A stretch of DNA of 47,370 nucleotides from a virus (IMGVR_UViG_3300025645_000009:1-47370), one strand, 5' to 3'. Counted from the stretch's first letter, positions 1 through 7,826 are shown. Numbers and translations: made by a program. Notes: generated by a model not told the origin, from the letters alone.

Positions 1-92
1 CACCATCAGAGGCGTCACCTACCCGTCGCAGAAAGCAGCAGCCGAAGCGTTGGGCGTGTCCATCCACAGCATCGCCAGAGCTGTCCAGAGGG
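1..92 (+). repeat. 92-bp terminal overlap identical to 47279-47370 (circular assembly junction)
   Basis: caccatcagaggcgtc...ctgtccagaggg occurs at both ends; joining the ends restores one continuous ORF. Confidence 0.95.
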
Positions 93-388
93 GTCAGCCC
101 GATCGAGCAGGGCTGTTGGCCAAGCGCAGCAAGCCGGTGACGATCAGAGGCACAACCTATCCGTCGCAAACCGCCGCTGCTGAAGCCTTGGGAGTGTCGA
201 TAAACTGCATCTCCAACGCGGCCAGAACCGGCAACCTCGACGCAGCAGGAACCAACCCCAGAAAGCGACAGCCCGTCACTATTCGCGGGATTGACTACCC
301 CTCACAGACAGCCGCCGCCGAGGCTCTAGGCGTCACGCAAGAAGCGATCTCATACGCCTACCGAATGGATCGGCTCCACCTGCTTTGA
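1..388 (+). CDS. 3' part (repeats 5-7) of the 315-aa tandem NUMOD1/IENR1-like HTH-repeat protein starting at 46719
   Basis: In frame across the junction (560+388=948 nt); repeated PVTIRGxxYPSQxAAAEALGV motif. Confidence 0.88.
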   Translation, partial: TIRGVTYPSQKAAAEALGVSIHSIARAVQRGQPDRAGLLAKRSKPVTIRGTTYPSQTAAAEALGVSINCISNAARTGNLDAAGTNPRKRQPVTIRGIDYPSQTAAAEALGVTQEAISYAYRMDRLHLL

Positions 389-433
389 AATTCAACGCGG
401 GATCACACCACCATTTAACACATTGGAAACAAA

Positions 434-733
434 ATGAAAATCAACCACACAGCCGACCCTAACTCCCACTTGGGATATTGGTGCGAGATAATAGCCGAGA
501 TGGAGATAGGTCAGTGCATCGATGTTGATGTGCGCGACCTCAGAGACATCCAATCGTTTGAACACAACAACGCCGATTTTACGCCGCCAGACCGAATTCT
601 GGGGAACATCATTGGGTCCGCCTACACCCACTCATTCCATATGCACCCAGACGGACGGAAAGTGACGTTTGTGCGCCATGAGGATACTGGCAAGCGCAGA
701 TATAACGCCCCAGACCGCCAGCCCACCGCCTGA
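434..733 (+). CDS. Hypothetical protein (99 aa) ending just before att unit 1
   Basis: ATG ORF co-directional with the early operon, weak GGA upstream. Confidence 0.7.
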   Translation: MKINHTADPNSHLGYWCEIIAEMEIGQCIDVDVRDLRDIQSFEHNNADFTPPDRILGNIIGSAYTHSFHMHPDGRKVTFVRHEDTGKRRYNAPDRQPTA

Positions 734-738
734 TCCAA

Positions 739-979
739 GTGTTCCCAGAAGTATCACATGCCTCGCAAGTCATTGAATTTGCGAGGCTTACATCCAATCC
801 ATCATCGGTGCAACCGAGAGTAGGTGTTGATATGAGTTACAACTTGACATTGAAATCGCTGTTGAAAGGTGATGCGGACGTTGCGGTATGCCCCGCTACA
901 TAGTGCGGAAATCGCAGCAAATACAGGGTCAATCACGGCACTGTATCACATCAGGTATCACAGGAATGGCTTGTGATAC
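739..979. other. attP-like unit 1 (dusA-type): GTATCAC at 751, 21-bp core 791-811, arm-type sites 943/955 and inverted 973
   Basis: Core reverse complement gcaccgatgatggattggatg encodes APMMDWM, matching the DusA N-terminal motif APMMDW; 751-811 is 58/61 identical to 1378-1438. Confidence 0.75.
788..850 (-). other. dusA 5' replacement fragment 1 (MSSCNSYQHLLSVAPMMDWM*)
   Basis: Manual translation; LSVAPMMDW resembles the start of tRNA-dihydrouridine synthase DusA. Confidence 0.7.
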
Positions 980-1018
980 CGCAGGACAGCAGAGTCCAAT
1001 AACCCAAAGGAACCGAAT

Positions 1019-1345
1019 ATGCCTATCAAGCAGCCGATGAATACAGGAATCAAAGAAGGTAAAGTGGTGATAGACTTCGCCGAAGCAGACGCACTTTGGA
1101 ACGGCATGTCCATGGAGCAGCAACACGAGGCCATGTGCATCATGTTCGAGCCTATCATGAATAAAGCGACTGCGATGCAGCGCGCCCTTAAACCATTTAG
1201 TGAAATGGCAGGCGAACTTTTTGCTCAGAATTACGACGCAGGAGATGTCGTGCTGACGTGCAGGGCGCCAGATGGCAAAGCCGTAAAGCTGGACTTCGGT
1301 GATTTTCTAGTCGTGCGCGATGCACTCGACCAACCCTTAACCTAA
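1019..1345 (+). CDS. Hypothetical protein (108 aa), sole cargo between the two att cores
   Basis: AAGGA RBS before ATG; stop lies 20 bp before the arm sites of att unit 2. Confidence 0.75.
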   Translation: MPIKQPMNTGIKEGKVVIDFAEADALWNGMSMEQQHEAMCIMFEPIMNKATAMQRALKPFSEMAGELFAQNYDAGDVVLTCRAPDGKAVKLDFGDFLVVRDALDQPLT

Positions 1346-1365
1346 TCCAACTAACCGCGATCCCA

Positions 1366-1609
1366 GTATCACAAGCGGTATCACACGCCTCGCAAGTCAT
1401 TGAATTTGCGGGGCTTGCATCCAATCCATCATCGGTGCGATAGAAAATCTCTGTTGCGCATAAGTCATTGCATTTCCAGCGTTTTCATGTGGTCCCGTGT
1501 TGCGGCTTGTTGCGACTATCGCCACGCATGTTGATAAACCCTCAATAACATTGACTTTTCCTCTGGCCCGAGTATCACAAAAAGTATCACCAACGGAGCA
1601 ATGTGATAC
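1366..1609. other. attP-like unit 2 (dusA-type): arm-type sites 1366/1378, core 1418-1438, arm-type sites 1572/1584 and inverted 1603
   Basis: GTATCAC pairs with 12-bp period on both sides of the core; IHF-like aagtcattg motifs near 1394 and 1462; directly upstream of the integrase. Confidence 0.85.
1397..1468 (-). other. dusA 5' replacement fragment 2 (MTYAQQRFSIAPMMDWMQAPQIQ*)
   Basis: Manual translation; RFSIAPMMDW matches the DusA N-terminus. Confidence 0.8.
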
Positions 1610-1612
1610 TCA

Positions 1613-2656
1613 ATGGGAACGATCGTGGCGCGCCAACGCAACAACGGCGCGAAATCGTATATGGCGCGGATCATACTGAAGCGCGATAACAAAATCATCC
1701 ATCGCGAGAGCAAGACGTTCACCGAGCACAAGGCCGCGGTCAGGTGGATGAAACAGCGCGAGGTCGATCTGGCCAAGCCTGGCGCCCTGCTGTCACCGAC
1801 ATCGACCCTCACCCTTGCCGACGCTATCGATCGCTATGTGCGCGAGGTAACGCACGACATAGGCAAGACCAAGGCGCAGGTGCTGCGGTCGATCGGGCGC
1901 ATGAAGATAGCCAAGATCCAGTGCGATCAGATCGGGTCAGCCGAGATCGTTGATATGTGCCGCACGCTGTCCAAGACTATGGCGCCGCAGACTGTCGGGA
2001 ATTATCTCAGCCACCTGTCAGCCGTGTTTGCCATTGCTAATCCTGCTTGGGGCATACCTCTGGACGCGACGGCCATGAAGGCAGCTCAGACAGTGCTGAA
2101 GCGCCTTGGCCTCACCAGCAAGAGCCTAAGCCGCGACAGACGCCCCTCGCTGGCAGAGATCAGGCTCATCGTGGATTGGTTCAGGAGCAGATCGGAGCGC
2201 GTGCCGCATTGCGTGCCTATGGCCGAGATCGTGATGTTTGCGATATTTTCGACGAGGCGTCAGGAGGAGATCACGCGCATCAGGTGGGATGACCTCGACG
2301 GCGATAGGATCTTGGTAAGGGATATGAAACACCCCGGCCAGAAGATCGGAAATCACCAGTGGGTTGATTTGCCCGCAGAGGCGCGAGCGATAATCGACCG
2401 GATGCCTCGCAAGGATGCCCGAATATTCCCCTACAGCACGGACGCGATCAGCGCGGCGTTCACGCGGGTTTGCCATATGCTTGGGATCGAGGATCTGCGG
2501 TTTCACGACCTGCGGCATGAGGGCGTCAGCCGTTTGTTTGAAATGGGGCTCAACATTCCGCACGTTGCCGCCGTGTCTGGTCATCGGAGCTGGCAAAGTT
2601 TGAAGCGTTACACCCACATGCGGCAGAGCGGCGACAAATGGGCGGGATGGAGTTGA
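1613..2656 (+). CDS. int: Tyrosine integrase, probably of the dusA-associated integrase family
   Basis: Catalytic R (STRRQEEI), HDLRH, SGH...KRY; adjacent to dusA-like att core. Confidence 0.95.
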   Translation: MGTIVARQRNNGAKSYMARIILKRDNKIIHRESKTFTEHKAAVRWMKQREVDLAKPGALLSPTSTLTLADAIDRYVREVTHDIGKTKAQVLRSIGRMKIAKIQCDQIGSAEIVDMCRTLSKTMAPQTVGNYLSHLSAVFAIANPAWGIPLDATAMKAAQTVLKRLGLTSKSLSRDRRPSLAEIRLIVDWFRSRSERVPHCVPMAEIVMFAIFSTRRQEEITRIRWDDLDGDRILVRDMKHPGQKIGNHQWVDLPAEARAIIDRMPRKDARIFPYSTDAISAAFTRVCHMLGIEDLRFHDLRHEGVSRLFEMGLNIPHVAAVSGHRSWQSLKRYTHMRQSGDKWAGWS

Positions 2657-2663
2657 TAAATAT

Positions 2664-2716
2664 TTTCCGTTTTCCGTAAAATAGTGTTTGCATTGTCTTT
2701 CCGTATTCCGTAAAGT
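2664..2716 (+). promoter_or_regulatory. Sigma70-like promoter (TTGCAT 2688, 17 bp, TAAAGT 2711) overlapped by two 17-bp direct repeats
   Basis: tttccgttttccgtaaa (2664-2680) and tttccgtattccgtaaa (2698-2714). Confidence 0.6.
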
Positions 2717-2758
2717 CTAAGTATGGAAACGGCGAAAGCCACAGATAGGAAAACGAAA

Positions 2759-2941
2759 ATGAAAACCTTCACCGCAGCAACCATCCGCAACACCATCAAA
2801 GCCGCTATCAAATCGGGCATGTCGCAAGCTGATGCCGAAAGCCACGCAGAGTTTTGCCTTGAGCAAGCCGAAAGCCAGCTTGGCGATGACAAGTGCAAAG
2901 CCGCCCGCGCCGAACTTAAAGAGATCATGGCTGCACAATGA
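2759..2941 (+). CDS. Small helical hypothetical protein (60 aa; 72 aa if started at 2723)
   Basis: AGGA RBS before ATG 2759; ATGA overlap with the next gene. Confidence 0.7.
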   Translation: MKTFTAATIRNTIKAAIKSGMSQADAESHAEFCLEQAESQLGDDKCKAARAELKEIMAAQ

Positions 2942-3135
2942 CACCAGCAGAATTTAAAGAGGCCCGCGTAAAGCTGGGCCTCTCACCAGTCGCCTGCGCC
3001 GCCCGCTTGGGCTACACTACGCAAAGCCGCATCAGCGAAATCGAGCATGGTGATCGTGTGCCGAAGCAGGCCGCGATCATCATGCAGCTTCTGCTGATTT
3101 TGCCGCGCAAGAAGTGGCCTGAAGCCCCAGAATAG
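2938..3135 (+). CDS. XRE-family HTH protein
   Basis: MTPAEFKEARVKLGLS...AARLG...ISEIEHG pattern. Confidence 0.85.
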   Translation: MTPAEFKEARVKLGLSPVACAARLGYTTQSRISEIEHGDRVPKQAAIIMQLLLILPRKKWPEAPE

Positions 3136-3152
3136 TCATGGCTGGATGGATA

Positions 3153-3196
3153 TAAAAACCCGCCAAGGTGCGCATCGTTGAGAGGCGTGGCGGGTT
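3153..3196 (-). terminator. Probable intrinsic terminator
   Basis: AACCCGCCA/TGGCGGGTT stem (3157-3165/3188-3196) ending in a T run on the minus strand; the loop is long (22 nt). Confidence 0.5.
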
Positions 3197-3219
3197 GGCC
3201 CGTGATCAAATCGGGCAGT

Positions 3220-3299
3220 TGGTTTGAGCGCGGCGTCAGGATTTTCGCCTATACCACGCGCCTTTCAGCAACGCCAAGCCATAATGGCCGCCGCGCTCA
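3220..3299 (-). ncRNA. Candidate structured small RNA (cloverleaf-like, 3' ACCA)
   Basis: Perfect 11-bp closing stem (3289-3299/3225-3235), three internal hairpins, upstream TTGACA-17-GATATT promoter. Confidence 0.5.
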
Positions 3300-3334
3300 G
3301 TTGTGAATATCACATCACCAAGGCCAAATGTCAA
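3300..3334 (-). promoter_or_regulatory. Promoter TTGACA(3334-3329)-17-GATATT(3311-3306) with operator-like site 3300-3316
   Basis: Consensus -35; gttgtgaatatcacatc matches the 17-bp operator with one change. Confidence 0.6.
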
Positions 3335-4119
3335 CCGTGGACAGCGGCCTCATGATAAGCATCAGCGCGATCTTTGTTAATGCGCGAGCGTGAAATGATC
3401 GCGATGACAGCCAGCACGGCCAGCGCTCCAACGACGATAAATACGATCCGATTAATGTCGCCATCAGTAACGAAACCAGCAGCAGCATTGGCCACGCTAC
3501 CGCCCGCAGTCGTGGTCGCGGCCTTGTCTTGCGTCTTGGCCTTGCCCAGCGCCAGATCAGACAGATCGGCCAGCCGGTCACTGGTAGCCTCGCTTGACAC
3601 GCCGCCCGCCAGTATAGCCATCTTGACGCCCTTGGCCTCGATGTCAGCAATACGCCGCGACCATCCTTTGCCGAATGTCGTGAATGTCTTGAGCCCCTTC
3701 ACGAACCCGAGCCGTTTGGCGCAGAGCTTTTGCACGGTATACATGGGATGAATTTTCGGCATGGCTGCGAGGGTTTGGTCGCCAATGACGCCATCTTGTT
3801 TGACGCCCAGAACCGCCTGAAAATATTTAGCCGCCCGCGACGGCCCAGAGTTGATCGCGAAATCATTCACGGCCAGATCGATTCCGGTCAGCAGATCATC
3901 GCCGCGAACCGTATTCCAATAGCCGACGCGATAGATTTTCTGAAGCATGTCATCGGAGATGTTGCGCAGATCCGCCTTGGTTGCGCCTGGCTTGTATTTA
4001 CGAAACGTCGCCAGCGTGATGCCCTTCATGGTCGCGCCGCCTGGATCTTTGGGGTGATCGGCCCAGCCGCCCTCATGTTCCAGCGAGATTTTCAGGCACG
4101 CCGCGTAATTGCTCTTCAT
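3331..4119 (-). CDS. Glycoside hydrolase family 108 endolysin with peptidoglycan-binding region and C-terminal membrane segment
   Basis: HEGGWADHPKDPGGATMKGIT motif; DGVIG..T; FGKGWSRR; hydrophobic C-terminus. Confidence 0.92.
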   Translation of the reverse strand: MKSNYAACLKISLEHEGGWADHPKDPGGATMKGITLATFRKYKPGATKADLRNISDDMLQKIYRVGYWNTVRGDDLLTGIDLAVNDFAINSGPSRAAKYFQAVLGVKQDGVIGDQTLAAMPKIHPMYTVQKLCAKRLGFVKGLKTFTTFGKGWSRRIADIEAKGVKMAILAGGVSSEATSDRLADLSDLALGKAKTQDKAATTTAGGSVANAAAGFVTDGDINRIVFIVVGALAVLAVIAIISRSRINKDRADAYHEAAVHG

Positions 4120-4335
4120 TCCGTTTCCCTTCCAGTGTTACGCGGCAACTATGTGCCGCAATAGTTGTCGCCAAGGACTAGCCCGAGGCACTCCCGACCA
4201 TCCAAGAACGGTGAGGATGGTTTCAAACATGGTGACGATCGACCGAGCAGACCGGCGCGGGGGCCAAAGGGCTCCATCAGTGACCCCGCGAAATCGCCGC
4301 AAATCCGAACTTGGCCAGCTTCGGCGGGTCTTTTT

Positions 4336-6024
4336 TCACCACCCGCCATAATTTTCACCCTGCCCAGATCCGTCATCGGTGCGATCGAGGGCCAGCCGCA
4401 CGTCATCTTGCAGGCTCATCTCATCAGATCCCGCGAAGCCGCTGCGCAGGTAATAGATCCGCCGCGTCTTGCCGCGCCACGACATGGTGCGTTCCAGCTT
4501 GGCCCAGCCAAGGCTGTCGAGGACCTTCGAGAGGACCGTTGTGCTGACCGATCGGCCCGAGACTTCCTTGAGCCTGTTGCTCAGGCAGTCGGTCGCGAAT
4601 ACCGTTTGCCCGATGCCGAACCCGCCCAGCTCGATCGCCTCTTCAACGTCACCGAAGATTGGCGCCCGCGTCAGCTCGATCATTTGCCGCTTGGCGTCAG
4701 TCATCTCGGGCGGATCGAACCGGCTGAAGCGCGAGAGATCCACATTGAGCAGCCAGCCGCGCAGCTCTGCGGCACCAGCGTCAATCGCACTGTGCAGCGT
4801 TTCCCAATAGTCCGCGCCCAGCTCTGCCTTCATCGCGGCCCGAGACTTGAACCGCGTTTCCCATGCCGCCCAGCGACGATCGTTATCATCGACCGGCAGC
4901 GCGTTCTGATGGTTCGAGAAGCCCGCGTAATTAGTTACGTTGGCGATCTCGCGCGCAGGACGGCCCTTGCCAACATACGAGATCACGTCGTTGGTGATGT
5001 ATGGTTTGATCTTGTCCATCATTTGCCCAGCGTCCCGCCCCTCGACGTGTATTTCCTCGAATATCCGCACCGCCGCGCCCTCTGCCCAATCGGTGAAATC
5101 CGAGTTGAGGCTGTCGCGCTGAACCGGTCGCACGTTCACCGCGCCCATGGAGGCTTGCAGCACCTTGCCGATCGTCGTCTTGCCGTCGCCAGGCACGCCG
5201 ATGATGATCGGGGCCCAGAGGATTTTGCGGCCCGGGTGCTGGACGTTATGCGCGATCCACTCGATGATTTTTTCCGCGCCGTCAGGGAGGATGTTGTGAA
5301 TGTGATCTCGCACCACGCGCCACGCCGAGCCCGCTTCCCAGTCATCAGAGGCAGCAGGCACCGAGGCGGGAAGATATGAGTTGAGATAGCAGATGCCCGA
5401 CGACCAGACCTGAAGCGCATCCACGTCAGGCCGATAGAGCGTTGACGAGCAGATAAACCCGTCGAGATATTCGACCAGCGTTTTCGTGGCTGGGAATTTG
5501 TTGACCTTTTGCTCGCCCTTGGCGTTCTCTGTTTGCACCAGCGGAGTGATCGGCCCATGCGCCAGATCGAACGCACCTCGCCCCATCAGGTCGCCAGTTT
5601 CGGCATGACAGAATTTGTCATCCTTGGTGAGAAACACCCACTTGCGCAGCGTCTCGATCTCGCCACCCCAGACCTCGACCCCATCAGGCCGCGGCGCCAT
5701 CTCTGGCATGTCGCGCTTGAGGCTTTCGCGTGACACCTCGATCAGCTCGCCGCTTTCGTCATACGCACCGAAGTCATCGCGCAAATCATATGCCTCATCT
5801 GGCGCGAAAGGCCGTTCATCCTCTGACAGTGACTGCGGCTCAGGTTGCGGCTCAGGCTCAGGCACCGGCTCGCGCTCAGGCGGTGGCTCAGGGGGCGTCC
5901 ACGGGCGAACAGTTGCGCGCATGAACTCCACGATGTCAGATGATGACCAGCCGTCATCTATGGCGTCAGCGCAATCCCAGCCCTTCGGCACGTGGCCGCC
6001 TTGTTTCCAGTCGTCGAATGTCAC
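4336..6024 (-). CDS. Primase-associated SF3-type helicase (DUF5906/D5-like); its N-terminus resembles the tail of a TOPRIM domain
   Basis: Walker A GVPGDGKT, Walker B IFEE, SN, DRRW; N-terminal PKGWDCADA; GTGA overlap with the primase gene. Confidence 0.85.
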   Translation of the reverse strand: MTFDDWKQGGHVPKGWDCADAIDDGWSSSDIVEFMRATVRPWTPPEPPPEREPVPEPEPQPEPQSLSEDERPFAPDEAYDLRDDFGAYDESGELIEVSRESLKRDMPEMAPRPDGVEVWGGEIETLRKWVFLTKDDKFCHAETGDLMGRGAFDLAHGPITPLVQTENAKGEQKVNKFPATKTLVEYLDGFICSSTLYRPDVDALQVWSSGICYLNSYLPASVPAASDDWEAGSAWRVVRDHIHNILPDGAEKIIEWIAHNVQHPGRKILWAPIIIGVPGDGKTTIGKVLQASMGAVNVRPVQRDSLNSDFTDWAEGAAVRIFEEIHVEGRDAGQMMDKIKPYITNDVISYVGKGRPAREIANVTNYAGFSNHQNALPVDDNDRRWAAWETRFKSRAAMKAELGADYWETLHSAIDAGAAELRGWLLNVDLSRFSRFDPPEMTDAKRQMIELTRAPIFGDVEEAIELGGFGIGQTVFATDCLSNRLKEVSGRSVSTTVLSKVLDSLGWAKLERTMSWRGKTRRIYYLRSGFAGSDEMSLQDDVRLALDRTDDGSGQGENYGGW

Positions 6025-6902
6025 CGCGAGCCACCGATCACATCCATGACGCGGGGTGATGCCTGCAAGCCATGCAGGATCGCGGCGATGTTCTCAGCGG
6101 TATCGACGCCAGACGGGTCAGCATCAGGCCAGATGACCACGGAGCGGCCAGCGAGAGGCGTCCAGTCGGTGTGATTGATGCCATAGGTTCCGCCAGGCCA
6201 CGACATGACGAGGCGGTCAGGCATGGCGCTGGCGAGCGCATCACGGCACTTCTCACCCTCGACGAGGATGACTTGCCGATCAGGCCGCAGCGTGTCTAGG
6301 CCATAGAGCGGGCGAGGCTTGGGGAAAGGGTATCGGCACCATGCTTCACGCCCATCAGGGAGCTGGCACCACATGACCATTGGAGTTTCTTTTGTGCCGT
6401 TGAACTCATTGCGCAGGACATAGCCGATCAGCGACCCGTCAGCAGCGCGATAGGGGAAAACCATGACCGGCTTGCACCCGCCCCATTCCCGATCAGAGCC
6501 TGCGCGCTTGGGATTGTAGAGGTCGATGCGCTTGCCCGCTTGGATCTCGCCCCGTGGTGGCAATGGATTGATGCCAGCATATGGGTCAACATAATCGACA
6601 CGCTTGGGCTTGACGTTTGGGCGGCTTGTATCGCCGCCGAGGATCTTGAGCGCGCCGCGAGTATCGACGCCCTTGATTGCCTTGGTCAGGTCGATCACGT
6701 CGCCCCGTTCACCGCAGCCAAAGCACTGAAATCTTTCGACCCCATCACTGCCCGTCCAGATCGTAAAACTTGGCGTTGTCTCTTCATGCAGGGGGCAACA
6801 CGCGACCCATTCCTGCCCGTCCTGTTTCAGATTAACGCCGAAGCCAAAGGCCAGATCGACCATAGAAGTTTCAGCGCGGACCCGCTCAATATCGTGAGCC
6901 AT
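6021..6902 (-). CDS. DnaG-like primase (CHC2 zinc finger + TOPRIM)
   Basis: CPLHEETTPSF...CFGC; VEGEK; WPDAD; GAGGGG RBS before ATG 6902. Confidence 0.9.
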   Translation of the reverse strand: MAHDIERVRAETSMVDLAFGFGVNLKQDGQEWVACCPLHEETTPSFTIWTGSDGVERFQCFGCGERGDVIDLTKAIKGVDTRGALKILGGDTSRPNVKPKRVDYVDPYAGINPLPPRGEIQAGKRIDLYNPKRAGSDREWGGCKPVMVFPYRAADGSLIGYVLRNEFNGTKETPMVMWCQLPDGREAWCRYPFPKPRPLYGLDTLRPDRQVILVEGEKCRDALASAMPDRLVMSWPGGTYGINHTDWTPLAGRSVVIWPDADPSGVDTAENIAAILHGLQASPRVMDVIGGSR

Positions 6903-6922
6903 CTTAATTCCCCTCAAGCAAT

Positions 6923-6939
6923 GTTGTGAATACCACAAC
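6923..6939. promoter_or_regulatory. 17-bp operator gttgtgaataccacaac upstream of the primase gene
   Basis: Palindromic GTTGTG-N5-CACAAC; same motif as in the cI/cro region. Confidence 0.7.
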
Positions 6940-6985
6940 ATAACCGCCCTATTTCTTCAAGGATCAAATTAGCCGATCTAGGAAA

Positions 6986-7405
6986 TTATTCCTTTGACCT
7001 AGATTTAGTAGTCAGCAATGCTTCGAGGTCATCATATGTCCTCACCTCGCCCGCAATGCCGCCGAACCGTTGCACGATCTGCAACCACTGGGCTTGCTCA
7101 GGTGACAGCCGGTCAGTCGTCTTGACTTCAGCTTGCGTATAGACCGCGAGAGTTGAGCCGACCATCTCAGGCGTGATGACAACAGGCACCCAGCCGCCGA
7201 GATCTGACATGCCCTTATGTCCCGCGTGGAACGGTCGCCCGTTCGAGATGATGACATCGCCCGCCTTGACGTTGACCGAGCCGTTGACCGATATCCGCCT
7301 CGCCTTGCCAATCCACGCCATGCCGACATTCTGCCTGAAAAGCCGCGCCCCCATTTCAGAGGCGCGGATCATGAACTCTTTCCCGAGGGCTGTTGCGTCA
7401 GCCAT
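6986..7405 (-). CDS. VRR-NUC (PD-(D/E)XK) nuclease
   Basis: LFRQNVG, GMSDLGG, EVKT, LSPEQ..W motifs. Confidence 0.85.
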   Translation of the reverse strand: MADATALGKEFMIRASEMGARLFRQNVGMAWIGKARRISVNGSVNVKAGDVIISNGRPFHAGHKGMSDLGGWVPVVITPEMVGSTLAVYTQAEVKTTDRLSPEQAQWLQIVQRFGGIAGEVRTYDDLEALLTTKSRSKE

Positions 7406-7826
7406 TAGATGAAGCCTCATGATCCCAATGCGTCATCGCCTCTTCTGCCATGTCTCGCGCCCCTGCATGTGACCAATCATAGGCGGGGTCTAGCCATTCA
7501 TCGCCAAGCGCCTCTAACTCAATCCTCGCCATTTCCACAGCGTCCTCAAACACCATCGGTTCGCGGCACCTATAGATAAAACGCTTCGCCATAGTGCGCA
7601 GGAAGTCCGCAAGGGTCAGGCCGTGCTGCGACTTGCGAATTTCGGCCTGCCACACAATTTGCTGCAAAAATTCCGACCCTCGCACGGCATCCCTGACCAT
7701 CCCATATCGCGTAGGCCGTGTGTCCAGCTTGGCAAAGCATTGCCCGCAGACCCATGCCATTAGCGGCTCCACTCTCGCCCCGTGCAGGTGTTTGCACGGG
7801 GCAATCCGTTCAGGTGCATCGCTCAT
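7398..7826 (-). CDS. Hypothetical protein (Cys/His-containing N-terminus)
   Basis: Fits the operon, overlapping both neighbours. Confidence 0.6.
   Translation of the reverse strand: MSDAPERIAPCKHLHGARVEPLMAWVCGQCFAKLDTRPTRYGMVRDAVRGSEFLQQIVWQAEIRKSQHGLTLADFLRTMAKRFIYRCREPMVFEDAVEMARIELEALGDEWLDPAYDWSHAGARDMAEEAMTHWDHEASSNG

Noticed and set aside
751-1438. CRISPR or mini-array
   Set aside because: Only two copies 627 bp apart, no cas genes; explained by att architecture
1509-1525. Additional operator-like sites in the att units (gttgcgactatcgccac; also 902-918)
   Set aside because: Two or more deviations from consensus and not at equivalent positions in the two units
3220-3299. Canonical tRNA gene
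   Set aside because: 11-bp closing stem, no GTTCRA T-loop, no U33, minimal D-arm; kept only as a candidate ncRNA
4165-5379. Long plus-strand ORFs opposite real genes (also 21211-22386, 23719-24705, 35302-36912)
   Set aside because: Antisense shadows typical of GC-rich coding DNA; no recognisable motifs
5830-5900. ggctca short tandem repeats
   Set aside because: Encode a Pro/Glu linker (PEPEPQPEPQ) in the helicase; low complexity only
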